The translations under genes were made by a program, and so were the position numbers. Of a stretch of 64,000 nucleotides of DNA, positions 22,412-31,435 are shown in pieces; the first letter of the stretch is position 1, and each line of letters opens with the position of its first letter. The DNA is from Tagaea sp. (lineage in GTDB: Bacteria > Pseudomonadota > Alphaproteobacteria > CACIAM-22H2): contig CBDIIB010000005.1 of the NCBI GenBank assembly GCA_965279525.1, forward strand, positions 1,440,001 through 1,504,000, written 5' to 3'. The notes beneath the pieces are model-generated. The model saw nothing but the letters and a program-made list of their open reading frames with translations, was not told the DNA's origin and made no database searches.

Positions 22412-23248
22412 TTATATCGTAAACCCAAGATCGATAACGATTTTCCGGGGATCTTCGCCTGCTGCCCGTAGGTCGGCGAGGCGGGTCGAACCAAGGCGCT
22501 TGGCCAGCCGCTTGCCGTCGGCGTCGAGCAGCAACCGATGGTGCTGATAGGCCGGCACGTCGAGGCCCAGCAGGGCCTGTAGCAGGCGATGCAGGTGGGT
22601 GGCGACGAACAGGTCGGTGCCGCGCGTGACGAGGTCGATGCCCTGTACATGGTCGTCGTGCACGACGGCCAGATGATAGCTCGCCGGGAATTCCTTGCGC
22701 GCGAGCACGGCATCGCCGAGTGCTTCGGGCGTGGCGCGCTGCGTGCCTGCATCGCGGTCGTGCCAGTCGAGCGGCCCGGTCTGCGAAACAGCCTTCGCGA
22801 CATCGAGGCGCAGCGCATAGGCGGCCCCCGATGCCACGCGCGTGGCGACATCGTCGGCACTGCGGTGCCGGCAGGTGCCCGGATAGATCGCGCCATCGCC
22901 GTGCGGGGCGCCGCCGGCCGCCTCGATCTCGCGCGCGATGTCGGCGCGCGTGCAGAAGCATTTGTAGAGAAGCCCCTTGGCCTCGAGTTTGGCTAGTGCT
23001 GCGGCATACTCGGCCATGTGGTCGGACTGGCGGCGCACCGGGCGCTCCCAGTCGAGCCCGAGCCAGGCGAGATCCTCGAGGATGCCGGCCTCGAACTCCG
23101 GCCGGCAGCGCGTGCGGTCGGTATCCTCGATCCGCAGCAGGAAACGCCCGCCGGCGTCGCGCGCGGCCTGCCGCGCGAACAGCGCCGAGAAGGCGTGGCC
23201 GCGATGCAGCCGTCCGGTGGGCGAGGGGGCGAATCGCGTGACGGTCAT
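22412..23248 (-). CDS. gluQ: Glutamyl-Q tRNA(Asp) synthetase
   Basis: RFAPSPTGRLHRGH, LRIEDTD, CFCTR, YPGTC and KRLAKR. Short and lacks the anticodon-binding domain. Confidence 0.92.
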   Translation of the reverse strand: MTVTRFAPSPTGRLHRGHAFSALFARQAARDAGGRFLLRIEDTDRTRCRPEFEAGILEDLAWLGLDWERPVRRQSDHMAEYAAALAKLEAKGLLYKCFCTRADIAREIEAAGGAPHGDGAIYPGTCRHRSADDVATRVASGAAYALRLDVAKAVSQTGPLDWHDRDAGTQRATPEALGDAVLARKEFPASYHLAVVHDDHVQGIDLVTRGTDLFVATHLHRLLQALLGLDVPAYQHHRLLLDADGKRLAKRLGSTRLADLRAAGEDPRKIVIDLGFTI

Positions 23249-23292
23249 TGCGTTCTCGACAGTAGCATGGCCGCACTGGTACCAAATCGCGC

Positions 23293-23964
23293 ATGGCGTT
23301 TTTCGAACTCGACGGGCCGCGACTGGCCCCGCAGGCCGGCGGCAAGGCGAAAAGCCTTGTCGTGTTGCTGCATGGGCTGGGAGCGGACGGCAACGATCTC
23401 ATCTCGCTGGCACCCTTGTGGGCGCGCGTGCTGCCGAACACGGCATTCGTCTCACCGCATGCACCCTTCCCGTGCGACATGGCGCCCTATGGCCGGCAAT
23501 GGTTCAGCCTTCTCGACCGCACGCCCGCACGCGTGCTGGCGGGCGTCCAGGCGGCAGCCCCCATCCTCGATTCGTTCCTCGATGCCGAACTGGCGCGTCA
23601 CGACCTGCCGCCCGAACGCATGGCGCTGGTGGGATTCAGCCAGGGCACGATGATGTCGCTGTTCGTCGCCCCGCGCCGCGCGGTCGCGATCGCCGGCGTG
23701 GTCGGATTCTCGGGCGCCCTCGTCGGCGCCGAACTGATGGCGACCGAAGCGCGTTCGCGTCCGCCCGTCCTGCTCGTGCATGGCGACGCCGATCCGGTCG
23801 TGCCGTTCGAGCGCATGGCGCAGGCGGCCTCGGCGCTCGACGCCGCGGGCATCGCGGTCGAGACGCTGGCCTGCCCCGATCTCCCGCATTCGATCGACGA
23901 GGCGGGCCTGCAGGCGGGTGCCGAATTCCTGGTCGAGCGGCTGGGCACCACGCTCGCCGCGTGA
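23293..23964 (+). CDS. Phospholipase/carboxylesterase (alpha/beta hydrolase)
   Basis: LHGLG, GFSQG nucleophile motif, HGDADPVVP and a catalytic His in LPHSI. Confidence 0.92.
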   Translation: MAFFELDGPRLAPQAGGKAKSLVVLLHGLGADGNDLISLAPLWARVLPNTAFVSPHAPFPCDMAPYGRQWFSLLDRTPARVLAGVQAAAPILDSFLDAELARHDLPPERMALVGFSQGTMMSLFVAPRRAVAIAGVVGFSGALVGAELMATEARSRPPVLLVHGDADPVVPFERMAQAASALDAAGIAVETLACPDLPHSIDEAGLQAGAEFLVERLGTTLAA

Positions 23965-24020
23965 GCGCCGACGTCATCGCGCTGCAACATGCTGGATATT
24001 GTGTTCCGTCGCCGGATCGC

Positions 24021-24038
24021 CTATCAATTGATTGATAG
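24021..24038. promoter_or_regulatory. Operator-like palindrome
   Basis: CTATCAAT-TG-ATTGATAG is a perfect 8-bp inverted repeat, AT-rich, ~90 bp upstream of the HNH gene. Confidence 0.5.
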
Positions 24039-24126
24039 TTTTGCGTCGAATCTCGTGCCGTGGCTCGCCCGGACCTGAACGACAAGGGCGGCTGCCGCAC
24101 CGGAAACGGAGGCGGAGGGGTCGCGC

Positions 24127-24765
24127 GTGAGTCTGCAATCGTTTCATCCGCTGAGCGAGCCGCTCGATCCGGCGCATGTGCCGTTCGTTCCCGTGAACGG
24201 CCATTCGGTCAATGCCGAAGCCTGCCCCGCCCTCGTCCTCAACGCCGATTTCCGCCCGCTCTCGTATTTCCCGCTGTCGGTCTGGTCGTGGCAGGACGCG
24301 ATCAAGGCGGTCTACCAGGACCGCGTCAACGTCGTGCACGAGTACGACCGCATCGTGCGCTCGCCTTCCCAGGCGTTCCGGCTGCCGTCGGTCATCTCGC
24401 TGAAAGAGTACGTGCCCGCCGCGCGCCGCCCGGCCTTCACGCGCTTCAACGTGTTCCTGCGCGACCGCTTCGAGTGCCAATATTGCGGTGACGGGTTCCC
24501 TGCCCCCGAGCTCACCTTCGACCACGTGATCCCGCGCTCGCGTGGCGGCCGCACGACATGGACGAACGTCGTGACGGCCTGTTCGTGCTGCAATCTGGTC
24601 AAGGGCAGCCGGCTGCCGAACGAGGCGAAGATGTTCCCGCGCAACAAGGCGGTGCAGCCGACCTCGACCGAGCTGCAGGAAAACGGCCGCGCCTTCCCGC
24701 CCAACTACCTGCACGAGAGCTGGCGCGACTTCCTCTACTGGGACACGGAACTGGATCCGATCTAG
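24127..24765 (+). CDS. HNH endonuclease (McrA-like, zinc-binding)
   Basis: ALVLNAD, CQYCG, TFDHVIPRSRGG and NVVTACSCCNLVKG. Start codon uncertain. Confidence 0.9.
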   Translation: MSLQSFHPLSEPLDPAHVPFVPVNGHSVNAEACPALVLNADFRPLSYFPLSVWSWQDAIKAVYQDRVNVVHEYDRIVRSPSQAFRLPSVISLKEYVPAARRPAFTRFNVFLRDRFECQYCGDGFPAPELTFDHVIPRSRGGRTTWTNVVTACSCCNLVKGSRLPNEAKMFPRNKAVQPTSTELQENGRAFPPNYLHESWRDFLYWDTELDPI

Positions 24766-26189
24766 CGCTTCACCGGGCCGAAGCGCAGCGTCAGGTTTCC
24801 GCCGAGCCAGGTCGACGCGAGTGCACGGCCGCGCACGCGGTCGACCGTGGCGGCGAGTTTCTCGTCTTCGTGGCGGGCGAGATAGATCTCGGCCCACGCG
24901 TAGGCGGACGGCGACACGAGTTCCGAACCCACGCCCTCTTGGGCAACGCCCGCGCGCTTCGCGATCGGCTCGGGATCCTCGAGACCGTCGCGCGTGAAGG
25001 CGGCGAGCCTTGCCAGCGCATCGCCGGCCTGTTCCGAAAGCTCGATGCCGTTGGCCGCGGCAAGCGCGTCGGCCAGCACCAGCGGCTCCAGCGCGAAGCG
25101 GTGATAGTGGAGAGCCTTCGAGCGGCGCGCCAGTTCGCGCGGCAGCGAACCGTCGGCGGCGACGGCGGACAGCGCACCCTTGGTGGCGGCGATGCCCCAG
25201 TCGAACAGGGCCGCGTCGTCCGTCGCGATCGCGGCGGCAAGTACGGCGAGGGCGGCCCAGTTCAGGTGGTTGTTCTGCTCGGCGAAGGGCTTTCGCGCAT
25301 AGTCGGGAACCGTCGCCCAGGCGAGGTCGCGCAGCCAGCCCTCGATGCGGGCGCGCGTGTCGGCTTCGATTTCGGGCGCGTCGGCCAGCAGCGCGTAGTT
25401 AAGCGCTAGCGTGGCGAGCGTCCATTTGCGCTCGAAAGCCCCCTGCATCGTGGCCCGGCCCAGCAGGGCGCCTTCGCCGGCCCACCGGTCGAGCCAGCCG
25501 GCCATGCACGCGGCGACCGCCGGGTTGCGCGGGCTGGCACCAAGATAGCGGTCGCCCATGCGCGCTATGCCACTGGCAAGTGCGGCCAGCGGCGCCGCGG
25601 CGCGGTTGCGCGCGGCGAGCGCTTCGGGATCGACGATCGAAAAGCTCGGATCGTCGCGCCGGTAGAACGTCTCGACCGTCACGTCGCGCAACGGGGCCGG
25701 CGGTTCGGCGCACACGAAGGTTCCCGCGATCCGGCCGCCGACGGCTTCGCGGCGCGAGTCGATCACCGGCAGTCGCGTGAAGGGCGGCTCGATGCCCGCC
25801 GCGGGTGCGCCATCGAGCGCCACCTTGCATCTGCGCGGGCCGCGCATGCCTTCGGCGCGCAGGCGGCCATCTTCGACCCGGCCCTCGTAGAGGACGGACT
25901 TGACGGTGTCGGCGCGATAGCTGCCCTCGATGCGCACGCCGCCGTCGGGGTCGACGCTGCCGGAGAGAGCTTCCGAGCCGTCCTCGTCCGGAATGCCGCG
26001 CTGGAGGGTGAAGCGCCCGTCGCGCACGACGACCGCGATGGTCTGCCGGAAGCCGGGTCCCGAACCGATGCCGGCACATTCGACGGTGCCGCGATAGGCC
26101 CCGTCGCCGGACGACGCGGCCTGCGCGCCCGTGGCGGCAAGCGACATCAGCATGGCAATGGCGGCGGGTGCCCGGATCATGGCGGCCAA
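24762..26189 (-). CDS. Secreted alginate lyase family protein (AlgL/PL5-like) with an extra N-terminal domain
   Basis: Signal peptide, the QNNHLNW (NNH) catalytic motif, and DGSLPRELARRSKALHYHRFALEPL. Confidence 0.82.
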   Translation of the reverse strand: MAAMIRAPAAIAMLMSLAATGAQAASSGDGAYRGTVECAGIGSGPGFRQTIAVVVRDGRFTLQRGIPDEDGSEALSGSVDPDGGVRIEGSYRADTVKSVLYEGRVEDGRLRAEGMRGPRRCKVALDGAPAAGIEPPFTRLPVIDSRREAVGGRIAGTFVCAEPPAPLRDVTVETFYRRDDPSFSIVDPEALAARNRAAAPLAALASGIARMGDRYLGASPRNPAVAACMAGWLDRWAGEGALLGRATMQGAFERKWTLATLALNYALLADAPEIEADTRARIEGWLRDLAWATVPDYARKPFAEQNNHLNWAALAVLAAAIATDDAALFDWGIAATKGALSAVAADGSLPRELARRSKALHYHRFALEPLVLADALAAANGIELSEQAGDALARLAAFTRDGLEDPEPIAKRAGVAQEGVGSELVSPSAYAWAEIYLARHEDEKLAATVDRVRGRALASTWLGGNLTLRFGPVKR

Positions 26190-26213
26190 GTTAGCCGGCC
26201 GGGCGCCACCGGT

Positions 26214-26387
26214 CTATGCCTCGAGCGCGACCAGCTTTGCCTGTGCGGCCGCGATGTGTTCGAGAAGTTCCTCGCGCGTCACGCCGTCGCGGGCCATCAC
26301 GGCCCGGGTGAGGGGATCGTCGAGAAGTTCGCCGAGGTGGGGTTCCTCGTCGAGACGCAGTTTTCTGTTCGGTTCCGGCTTCGACAT
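26214..26387 (-). CDS. Small hypothetical protein (57 aa)
   Basis: EPHLGELLDDPLTRAVMARDGVT resembles a small alphaproteobacterial protein motif. Host-like codons. Confidence 0.65.
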   Translation of the reverse strand: MSKPEPNRKLRLDEEPHLGELLDDPLTRAVMARDGVTREELLEHIAAAQAKLVALEA

Positions 26388-26457
26388 GCCCGCGTTATCG
26401 CCGCCAAGCGTGGCGAAATCGGGGCGGTTCCGGGAATTTATTGTCTCAGTACGATGC

Positions 26458-27012
26458 TCAGATCCGCGACGAGAGCCAGATCGCCAGCCGCGAGCCGGCC
26501 TTGATGGCGCCGGAGAGCACCTCGTAGCCCGGTGCGCCGAGCGCGTCATGCGAAAGGGCCTCGTCGCGATGCTCGACTTCCTCGCGGCGGAACTCCTCGA
26601 GCGTGGCCTTGAGGGCGGCTTCGGTCTCGGGCAGCGCATCGATCTGCTCGCGATAATGCTCGTCGATCACTTCCTCGACCGCGACCGTGCAGGCCATCGC
26701 GGCCTTGGGGCCCAGCAGGGCGGTCGCCGCCCCCAGCGCGAAGCCGGCAGCGTGCCAGAAAGGCTGCAGCAGCGTGGGGCGCGCGTGGCGCTCGGGCAGC
26801 AGCTTCTCGAATGTGTCGAGATGGCGGCGTTCCTGCTGGACCATGTGCGCGATGGCGGCACCGGCAGCGCTGTCGCGGCCGAGCACGGCAAGCTGGCCTT
26901 CGTAGATGCGCACGGCGCCGTACTCGCCGGCATGGTCGACGCGCAGCACGCGGTCGACCAGCTTGTCGCCGGCCGGCTCGCCGGGCAGTCCCATCGTGCG
27001 GGCGTGGTCCAT
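26458..27012 (-). CDS. coq7: Demethoxyubiquinone hydroxylase (Coq7 family, di-iron)
   Basis: RVDHAGEYGA, ExxH, AMACTVAVEEVIDEHY and EEVEH. Confidence 0.93.
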   Translation of the reverse strand: MDHARTMGLPGEPAGDKLVDRVLRVDHAGEYGAVRIYEGQLAVLGRDSAAGAAIAHMVQQERRHLDTFEKLLPERHARPTLLQPFWHAAGFALGAATALLGPKAAMACTVAVEEVIDEHYREQIDALPETEAALKATLEEFRREEVEHRDEALSHDALGAPGYEVLSGAIKAGSRLAIWLSSRI

Positions 27013-27014
27013 CT

Positions 27015-27518
27015 TCAATCTCCGTCGCGTGCGCGGGCGGCGCCCAGGGCTGCGAGTGCCGCAAGACCAAGGGCCGCGAAGAAATTGTAGCCTGCCATCG
27101 ACAGGCCGAACAGCGTCCAGGCCGGCTCGTCGCAGCGCACGACGGGTGCGCTGAGCAGGCGCGCGCGCAGTTCCTCGAGGCTAGCCGATGCAGGCCTTGT
27201 CCCGCCGCATTCGGATGTCCCTTCCCACCATTTGGACTCGACCCCGACATGGAAGGCGGCGATGCCGGCATCGACGACGAGGCACGCGGCTGCCAGCGCC
27301 AGCAGGGCCGCGGCGAGGCGCCGGTTGGAGCCGGCGACGAGTGCTGCGACGAGGGCGAGCGGGATCGCTGCCCAGTAGGGATAGCGCTGCCAGTAGCACA
27401 GCACGCATGGTGCGAGCCCGCCCAGATGCTGGAAGGCGAGAGCGGTGCCGAGCACGGCGGCACTGCCGAGGGCGACGGCGGCGGCAAGCGTGCGGGCGGG
27501 CAGGTCGGGGACGATCAT
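27015..27518 (-). CDS. Disulfide bond formation protein B family
   Basis: GGAGG RBS. PCVLCYWQR, HVGVE, a second Cys pair (EC...RCD) and FGLSMAGYN. Confidence 0.9.
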   Translation of the reverse strand: MIVPDLPARTLAAAVALGSAAVLGTALAFQHLGGLAPCVLCYWQRYPYWAAIPLALVAALVAGSNRRLAAALLALAAACLVVDAGIAAFHVGVESKWWEGTSECGGTRPASASLEELRARLLSAPVVRCDEPAWTLFGLSMAGYNFFAALGLAALAALGAARARDGD

Positions 27519-27568
27519 GCCTCCGGAACATAGGCCGGATGCGCCCCGCCGCCCAAGCCCGTCGGCAG

Positions 27569-27596
27569 TTGACCCGGGCGATTTGGCCCCTATGAT
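27569..27596 (+). promoter_or_regulatory. Putative sigma70 promoter of tRNA-Leu
   Basis: TTGACC-16 nt-TATGAT followed by a GC-rich discriminator, ~23 nt before the tRNA. Confidence 0.55.
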
Positions 27597-27619
27597 CCGC
27601 GCCGACCGTCCGGCCCGGT

Positions 27620-27705
27620 GCCCCAGTGGCGAAACGGTAGACGCGGCAGACTCAAAATCTGTTGCCCGCAAGGGCATGTTGGTTCAAGTCCGACCTGGGG
27701 CACCA
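27620..27705 (+). tRNA. tRNA-Leu (anticodon CAA)
   Basis: Acceptor stem GCCCCAG/CTGGGGC, anticodon arm GCAGA-CT-CAA-AA-TCTGT, long variable arm GCCCGCAAGGGC, T-loop GTTCAAG and encoded CCA. Confidence 0.96.
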
Positions 27706-27744
27706 CCGGCTACCGCCGCCCTTCGAGTGTGGCGGCAGACGGCA

Positions 27745-28320
27745 ATGCGGAATAATCTCGACGGCAAGATCAATCGCCCCGGTGCGAATTCGTTGAACGG
27801 TCCGTCGATCCAGATTCCGGAGCTTCCGGCCGCGGCCGTCCATCCGGACTTCCGCGTCTTCTACGACTATTGGCGCAAGGCAGCGCCGCCGGCTTCACTG
27901 CCCGGCCGCCAGCACATCGACCCGCTGGTCGACATCCCGCAGATCATCGCCAGCGTCGTGCTCTACGACGTGGTTCCCGACGAAGCGGGACCGCGCTTCC
28001 GCATCCGCGTGGCGGGCGAGATGCTGGTCGACATCATGGGCTCGGCCCCCGCCGGCCGCTTCATCGACGAGTTCGTGCTGCCTGCGCGCCGCGCCCAGGT
28101 CAACGCGGCGCTGGCCGAGGTCGCGCGCGAGCGCATCGCGCATTACTGGGAAAACCAGATGTGGACCGCCGGGCGCCAGTACATCCGCATGCAGCGGCTG
28201 GCGCTGCCGCTGGCGCGCGACGGGTGCAATGTCGACATGGTCTTTTCGTGCCACGTGCGCGTCGAGGCGACCGCCGACGAGGCCGACGCGGCGCGTGCAC
28301 TCGCCGGACTTGGCGGCTAA
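27745..28320 (+). CDS. Stand-alone PAS domain protein (PAS_5-like)
   Basis: YDYW...LPGRQHIDP, FRIRVAG and RLALPLARDG are typical of alphaproteobacterial PAS_5 proteins. Start approximate. Confidence 0.8.
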   Translation: MRNNLDGKINRPGANSLNGPSIQIPELPAAAVHPDFRVFYDYWRKAAPPASLPGRQHIDPLVDIPQIIASVVLYDVVPDEAGPRFRIRVAGEMLVDIMGSAPAGRFIDEFVLPARRAQVNAALAEVARERIAHYWENQMWTAGRQYIRMQRLALPLARDGCNVDMVFSCHVRVEATADEADAARALAGLGG

Positions 28321-28352
28321 AGTCCGTCGGAATTTTCCAGCAGGACGGACAG

Positions 28353-29432
28353 ATGAAAAATCGCAACTACCGCATCGCGGTGATTCCCGGCGACGGGATC
28401 GGCAAGGAAGTCGTGCCCGAAGGCGTGCGGGCACTGCGCGCGGCTTCCGCGAAATTCGGCTTCGACCTGAAGCTCGACGATTTCGGTTTCGCGAGCTGCG
28501 ACTATTGGGCCAAGCACGGCAAGATGATGCCGGACGACTGGAAGGCGCAGATCGGTGGCCATGATGCGCTGTTCTTCGGCGCCGTGGGCTGGCCCGACAT
28601 CGTGCCCGACCACGTTTCGCTGTGGGGATCGCTGCTGCAGTTCCGCCGCGAGTTCGACCAGTACGTGAACCTGCGCCCGGTGCGCCTGATGCCCGGCGTG
28701 CCGTGCCCGCTGGCCGGCCGCAAGCCCGGCGACATCGACATGTACGTGGTGCGCGAGAACACCGAGGGCGAGTACACGTCGCTGGGCGGCACGATCTTCC
28801 CGGGCACCGAGCGCGAGATGGTCGTCCAGGAAACCGTGTTCACGCGCATCGGCGTCGACCGCATCCTGCGCTACGCGTTCGAACTGGCGAAGAAGCGCAA
28901 GCGCAAGAAACTCACGTCCGCCACCAAGTCGAACGGCATCTCGATCTCGATGCCGTACTGGGACAGCCGCGTGAAGGAGATGTCGAAGGCGTATCCCGAA
29001 ATCGCCGTCGACCAGTACCATATCGACATCCTGACCGCGCACTTCGTGCTCAATCCCGACCGCTTCGACGTGGTCGTGGCGTCGAACCTGTTCGGCGACA
29101 TCCTCTCCGATCTCGGGCCCGCCTGCACCGGCACGATCGGCATCGCCCCCTCGGCCAACATCAACCCGGAGCGCAAGTTCCCCTCGCTGTTCGAGCCGGT
29201 GCATGGTTCCGCCCCCGACATCGCGGGCAAGGGCATCGCCAATCCGGTCGGCCAGATCTGGACGGCCGCGATGATGCTCGAGCATCTGGGTGAGAGCGAA
29301 GCGGCACAGGCCATCGAGAAGGCGGTCGAGAAATCGCTATCCGATCCCGCCACGCGCACGCGCGACCTTGGCGGAAAACTTGGGACGGAAGAGTGCGGCA
29401 AGGCGGTCGCCGCGTTGATCGGGAGCGCATGA
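28353..29432 (+). CDS. Tartrate dehydrogenase/decarboxylase (beta-decarboxylating dehydrogenase, TtuC/DmlA-like)
   Basis: PGDGIGKEV, PDHVSLWG, RENTEGEY, SATKSNG, NLFGDILSD and EPVHGSAPDIAG. Confidence 0.93.
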   Translation: MKNRNYRIAVIPGDGIGKEVVPEGVRALRAASAKFGFDLKLDDFGFASCDYWAKHGKMMPDDWKAQIGGHDALFFGAVGWPDIVPDHVSLWGSLLQFRREFDQYVNLRPVRLMPGVPCPLAGRKPGDIDMYVVRENTEGEYTSLGGTIFPGTEREMVVQETVFTRIGVDRILRYAFELAKKRKRKKLTSATKSNGISISMPYWDSRVKEMSKAYPEIAVDQYHIDILTAHFVLNPDRFDVVVASNLFGDILSDLGPACTGTIGIAPSANINPERKFPSLFEPVHGSAPDIAGKGIANPVGQIWTAAMMLEHLGESEAAQAIEKAVEKSLSDPATRTRDLGGKLGTEECGKAVAALIGSA

Positions 29433-30376
29433 TGGCGGGCGAAGCGAAGAAGGGCCGCAAGGTCATCATCACCTGTGCGGTCACGGGGGCCATCCACACG
29501 CCATCGATGTCGCCCTATCTGCCGGTGACGCCGCAGGAGATCGCGGAGGCGGCACTGGGCGCGGTCGAGGCGGGGGCGGCGATCGTCCATCTGCACGCGC
29601 GCGATCCCAAGACCGGCAAGCCCGACCAGTCGCCCGAGGCGTTCGCCCCCTTCCTCAAGGTCATCAAGCAGTCGTCGAACTGCGTGGTGAACCTGACGAC
29701 CGGCGGCTCGCCGACGATGCTGGTGGAAGAGCGGCTGAAGCCGGCGGCCACGTTCAGGCCGGAAGTCGCCTCGCTCAACATGGGCACGATGAACTTCGCA
29801 CTGTTTCCCATGCTGGAGCGCTTCAAGGACCTGAAGCACGACTGGGAGCGCCCCTATCTGGAAGGCTCGCGCACCGGCTTCTTCAAGAACACGTTCGCGG
29901 ACATCGAGCTCATCCTGCGCACCTGCGCGGACAACGGCACGCGCTTCGAGATCGAGTGCTACGACATCGGGCATCTCTACACGCTGGCGCACTTCGTCGA
30001 GAAGGGCCTGGTGAAGCCGCCGTTCTTCGTGCAGTCGGTGTTCGGCATCCTGGGCGGCATCGGCACGCATCCCGAGGACGTGCTGCACATGAAGCGCACC
30101 GCCGACCGGCTGTTCGGCGATGCCTATCGCTGGTCTGTGCTGGGGGCCGGGCGCCACCAGTTGGCAATCGCCGCACAGGCCGCCGCGATGGGCGGCAACG
30201 TGCGCGTCGGCCTCGAGGACTCGCTGTGGATCGGCCCGGGCCAGCTTGCGAAAACCAACGCCGAGCAGGTGACGCGCGTGCGCGGAATCATCGAGGGGCT
30301 GGGCCTGTCGGTCGCGACGCCCGACGAGGCCCGCGAGATCCTCGCCCTCAAGGGCGGCGACAAGGTGGGGTTCTGA
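29429..30376 (+). CDS. Beta-keto acid cleavage enzyme (BKACE/DUF849, 3-keto-5-aminohexanoate cleavage-like)
   Basis: IITCAVTG, HLHARD, TTGG, SLNMG and RVGLED. ATGA overlap with the upstream gene. Confidence 0.92.
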   Translation: MMAGEAKKGRKVIITCAVTGAIHTPSMSPYLPVTPQEIAEAALGAVEAGAAIVHLHARDPKTGKPDQSPEAFAPFLKVIKQSSNCVVNLTTGGSPTMLVEERLKPAATFRPEVASLNMGTMNFALFPMLERFKDLKHDWERPYLEGSRTGFFKNTFADIELILRTCADNGTRFEIECYDIGHLYTLAHFVEKGLVKPPFFVQSVFGILGGIGTHPEDVLHMKRTADRLFGDAYRWSVLGAGRHQLAIAAQAAAMGGNVRVGLEDSLWIGPGQLAKTNAEQVTRVRGIIEGLGLSVATPDEAREILALKGGDKVGF

Positions 30377-30378
30377 CG

Positions 30379-31266
30379 ATGGCCGAGTTCCGCCCGTCCG
30401 CGCGCGTGGCGTGCGTGCAGTACGGCCAGGGTGCCATCGACAGCTACGAGGCGTTCGAGGAGAAGCTCGGCTATTTCGTGCGCGTGGCGGCAAGCTACCG
30501 CGCCGATTTCGTCGTGTTCCCCGAGATGTTCACGCTGCAGCTTTTGACCGTGAAGCATCGCGGCGTGCCGCCCGCACAGGTCGTCGCGGGCCTCGACGCC
30601 TACACCGCGCGTTTCAAGACGAGCCTTGCCACGCTTGCCAAGCGCCACAAGATCCATATCTGCGGCGGCTCGCACTTCCTGCGCGACGAGAAGGGCGTGC
30701 CCCGCAACGTGTCGTTCCTCGCGATGCCCGACGGCAATCTCCACGCACAAGCCAAGATCCACGCCACGCCGAGCGAGCGCGAGACCTGGGGCATCGTCGG
30801 CGGCGACACGGCGATGCCGGTGATGACCGCGTTCGGCCCGGTCGCCGTCACGGTCTGCTACGACGTCGAGTTCCCCGAGCTGCAGCGCCATCTGGTCGAC
30901 GAGGGCGCACGGCTGATCCTCGTGCCGTTCTGCACCGACGATCGTCGCGGCTACATGCGCGTGCGCCACTGTGCGCAGGCGCGCGCGGTCGAGAACCAGT
31001 GCTATCTGGCGCTGGCCGGCAACGTGGGCAATCTCCCGTTCGTCGAGAACATGGACATCCAGTACGCCGAGAGCTGCCTGGTGGCACCGTGCGACGTGCC
31101 CTTCGCGCGCGACGGGCTGGTCGAGATCGCCCCGGCGGGAATCGAGACGGTGATCTTCGCCGATCTCGATCTCGCAGCTCTCGACGCCGCGCGCGCCGGC
31201 GGCACCGTGCGCAACCTCGCCGACCGGCGCGCCGATCTGTATGGCAGCGGCTGGAAGCAACAATAG
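30379..31266 (+). CDS. Carbon-nitrogen hydrolase (nitrilase superfamily)
   Basis: E-K-C catalytic triad in FPE, QAKIH and VCYDVEFPE, plus ARAVENQ. Confidence 0.92.
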   Translation: MAEFRPSARVACVQYGQGAIDSYEAFEEKLGYFVRVAASYRADFVVFPEMFTLQLLTVKHRGVPPAQVVAGLDAYTARFKTSLATLAKRHKIHICGGSHFLRDEKGVPRNVSFLAMPDGNLHAQAKIHATPSERETWGIVGGDTAMPVMTAFGPVAVTVCYDVEFPELQRHLVDEGARLILVPFCTDDRRGYMRVRHCAQARAVENQCYLALAGNVGNLPFVENMDIQYAESCLVAPCDVPFARDGLVEIAPAGIETVIFADLDLAALDAARAGGTVRNLADRRADLYGSGWKQQ

Positions 31267-31377
31267 GTTACGACCGGTTACCGTAACATATTTATCCCGT
31301 TGAAGTTGCACACTTGTAACCGGACGAGTACTTCGTGCAACGCATGTTTTGCGGCACTACTTTCCGAACATATTCAC

Positions 31378-31435
31378 TTGTCAAAGAGCACGGCGGACCT
31401 TCGGAGATATTGAAGGAACCCGTTCCGGTTGTCAA
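31378..31435 (-). promoter_or_regulatory. sigma70-type promoter followed by a boxA-like antitermination motif
   Basis: Minus strand reads TTGACA (31435-31430), a 17-nt spacer, CAATAT (31412-31407), then TGCTCTTTGACAA (31390-31378). Confidence 0.6.

Noticed and set aside
24127-24765. HNH gene as a homing or mobile endonuclease or defence system
   Set aside because: Host-like composition, no intron, methyltransferase or repeats around it. It resembles the common chromosomal stand-alone HNH family.
27620-28320. Genomic island integrated at tRNA-Leu
   Set aside because: No integrase, no duplicated tRNA 3' end seen, and no compositional shift downstream.
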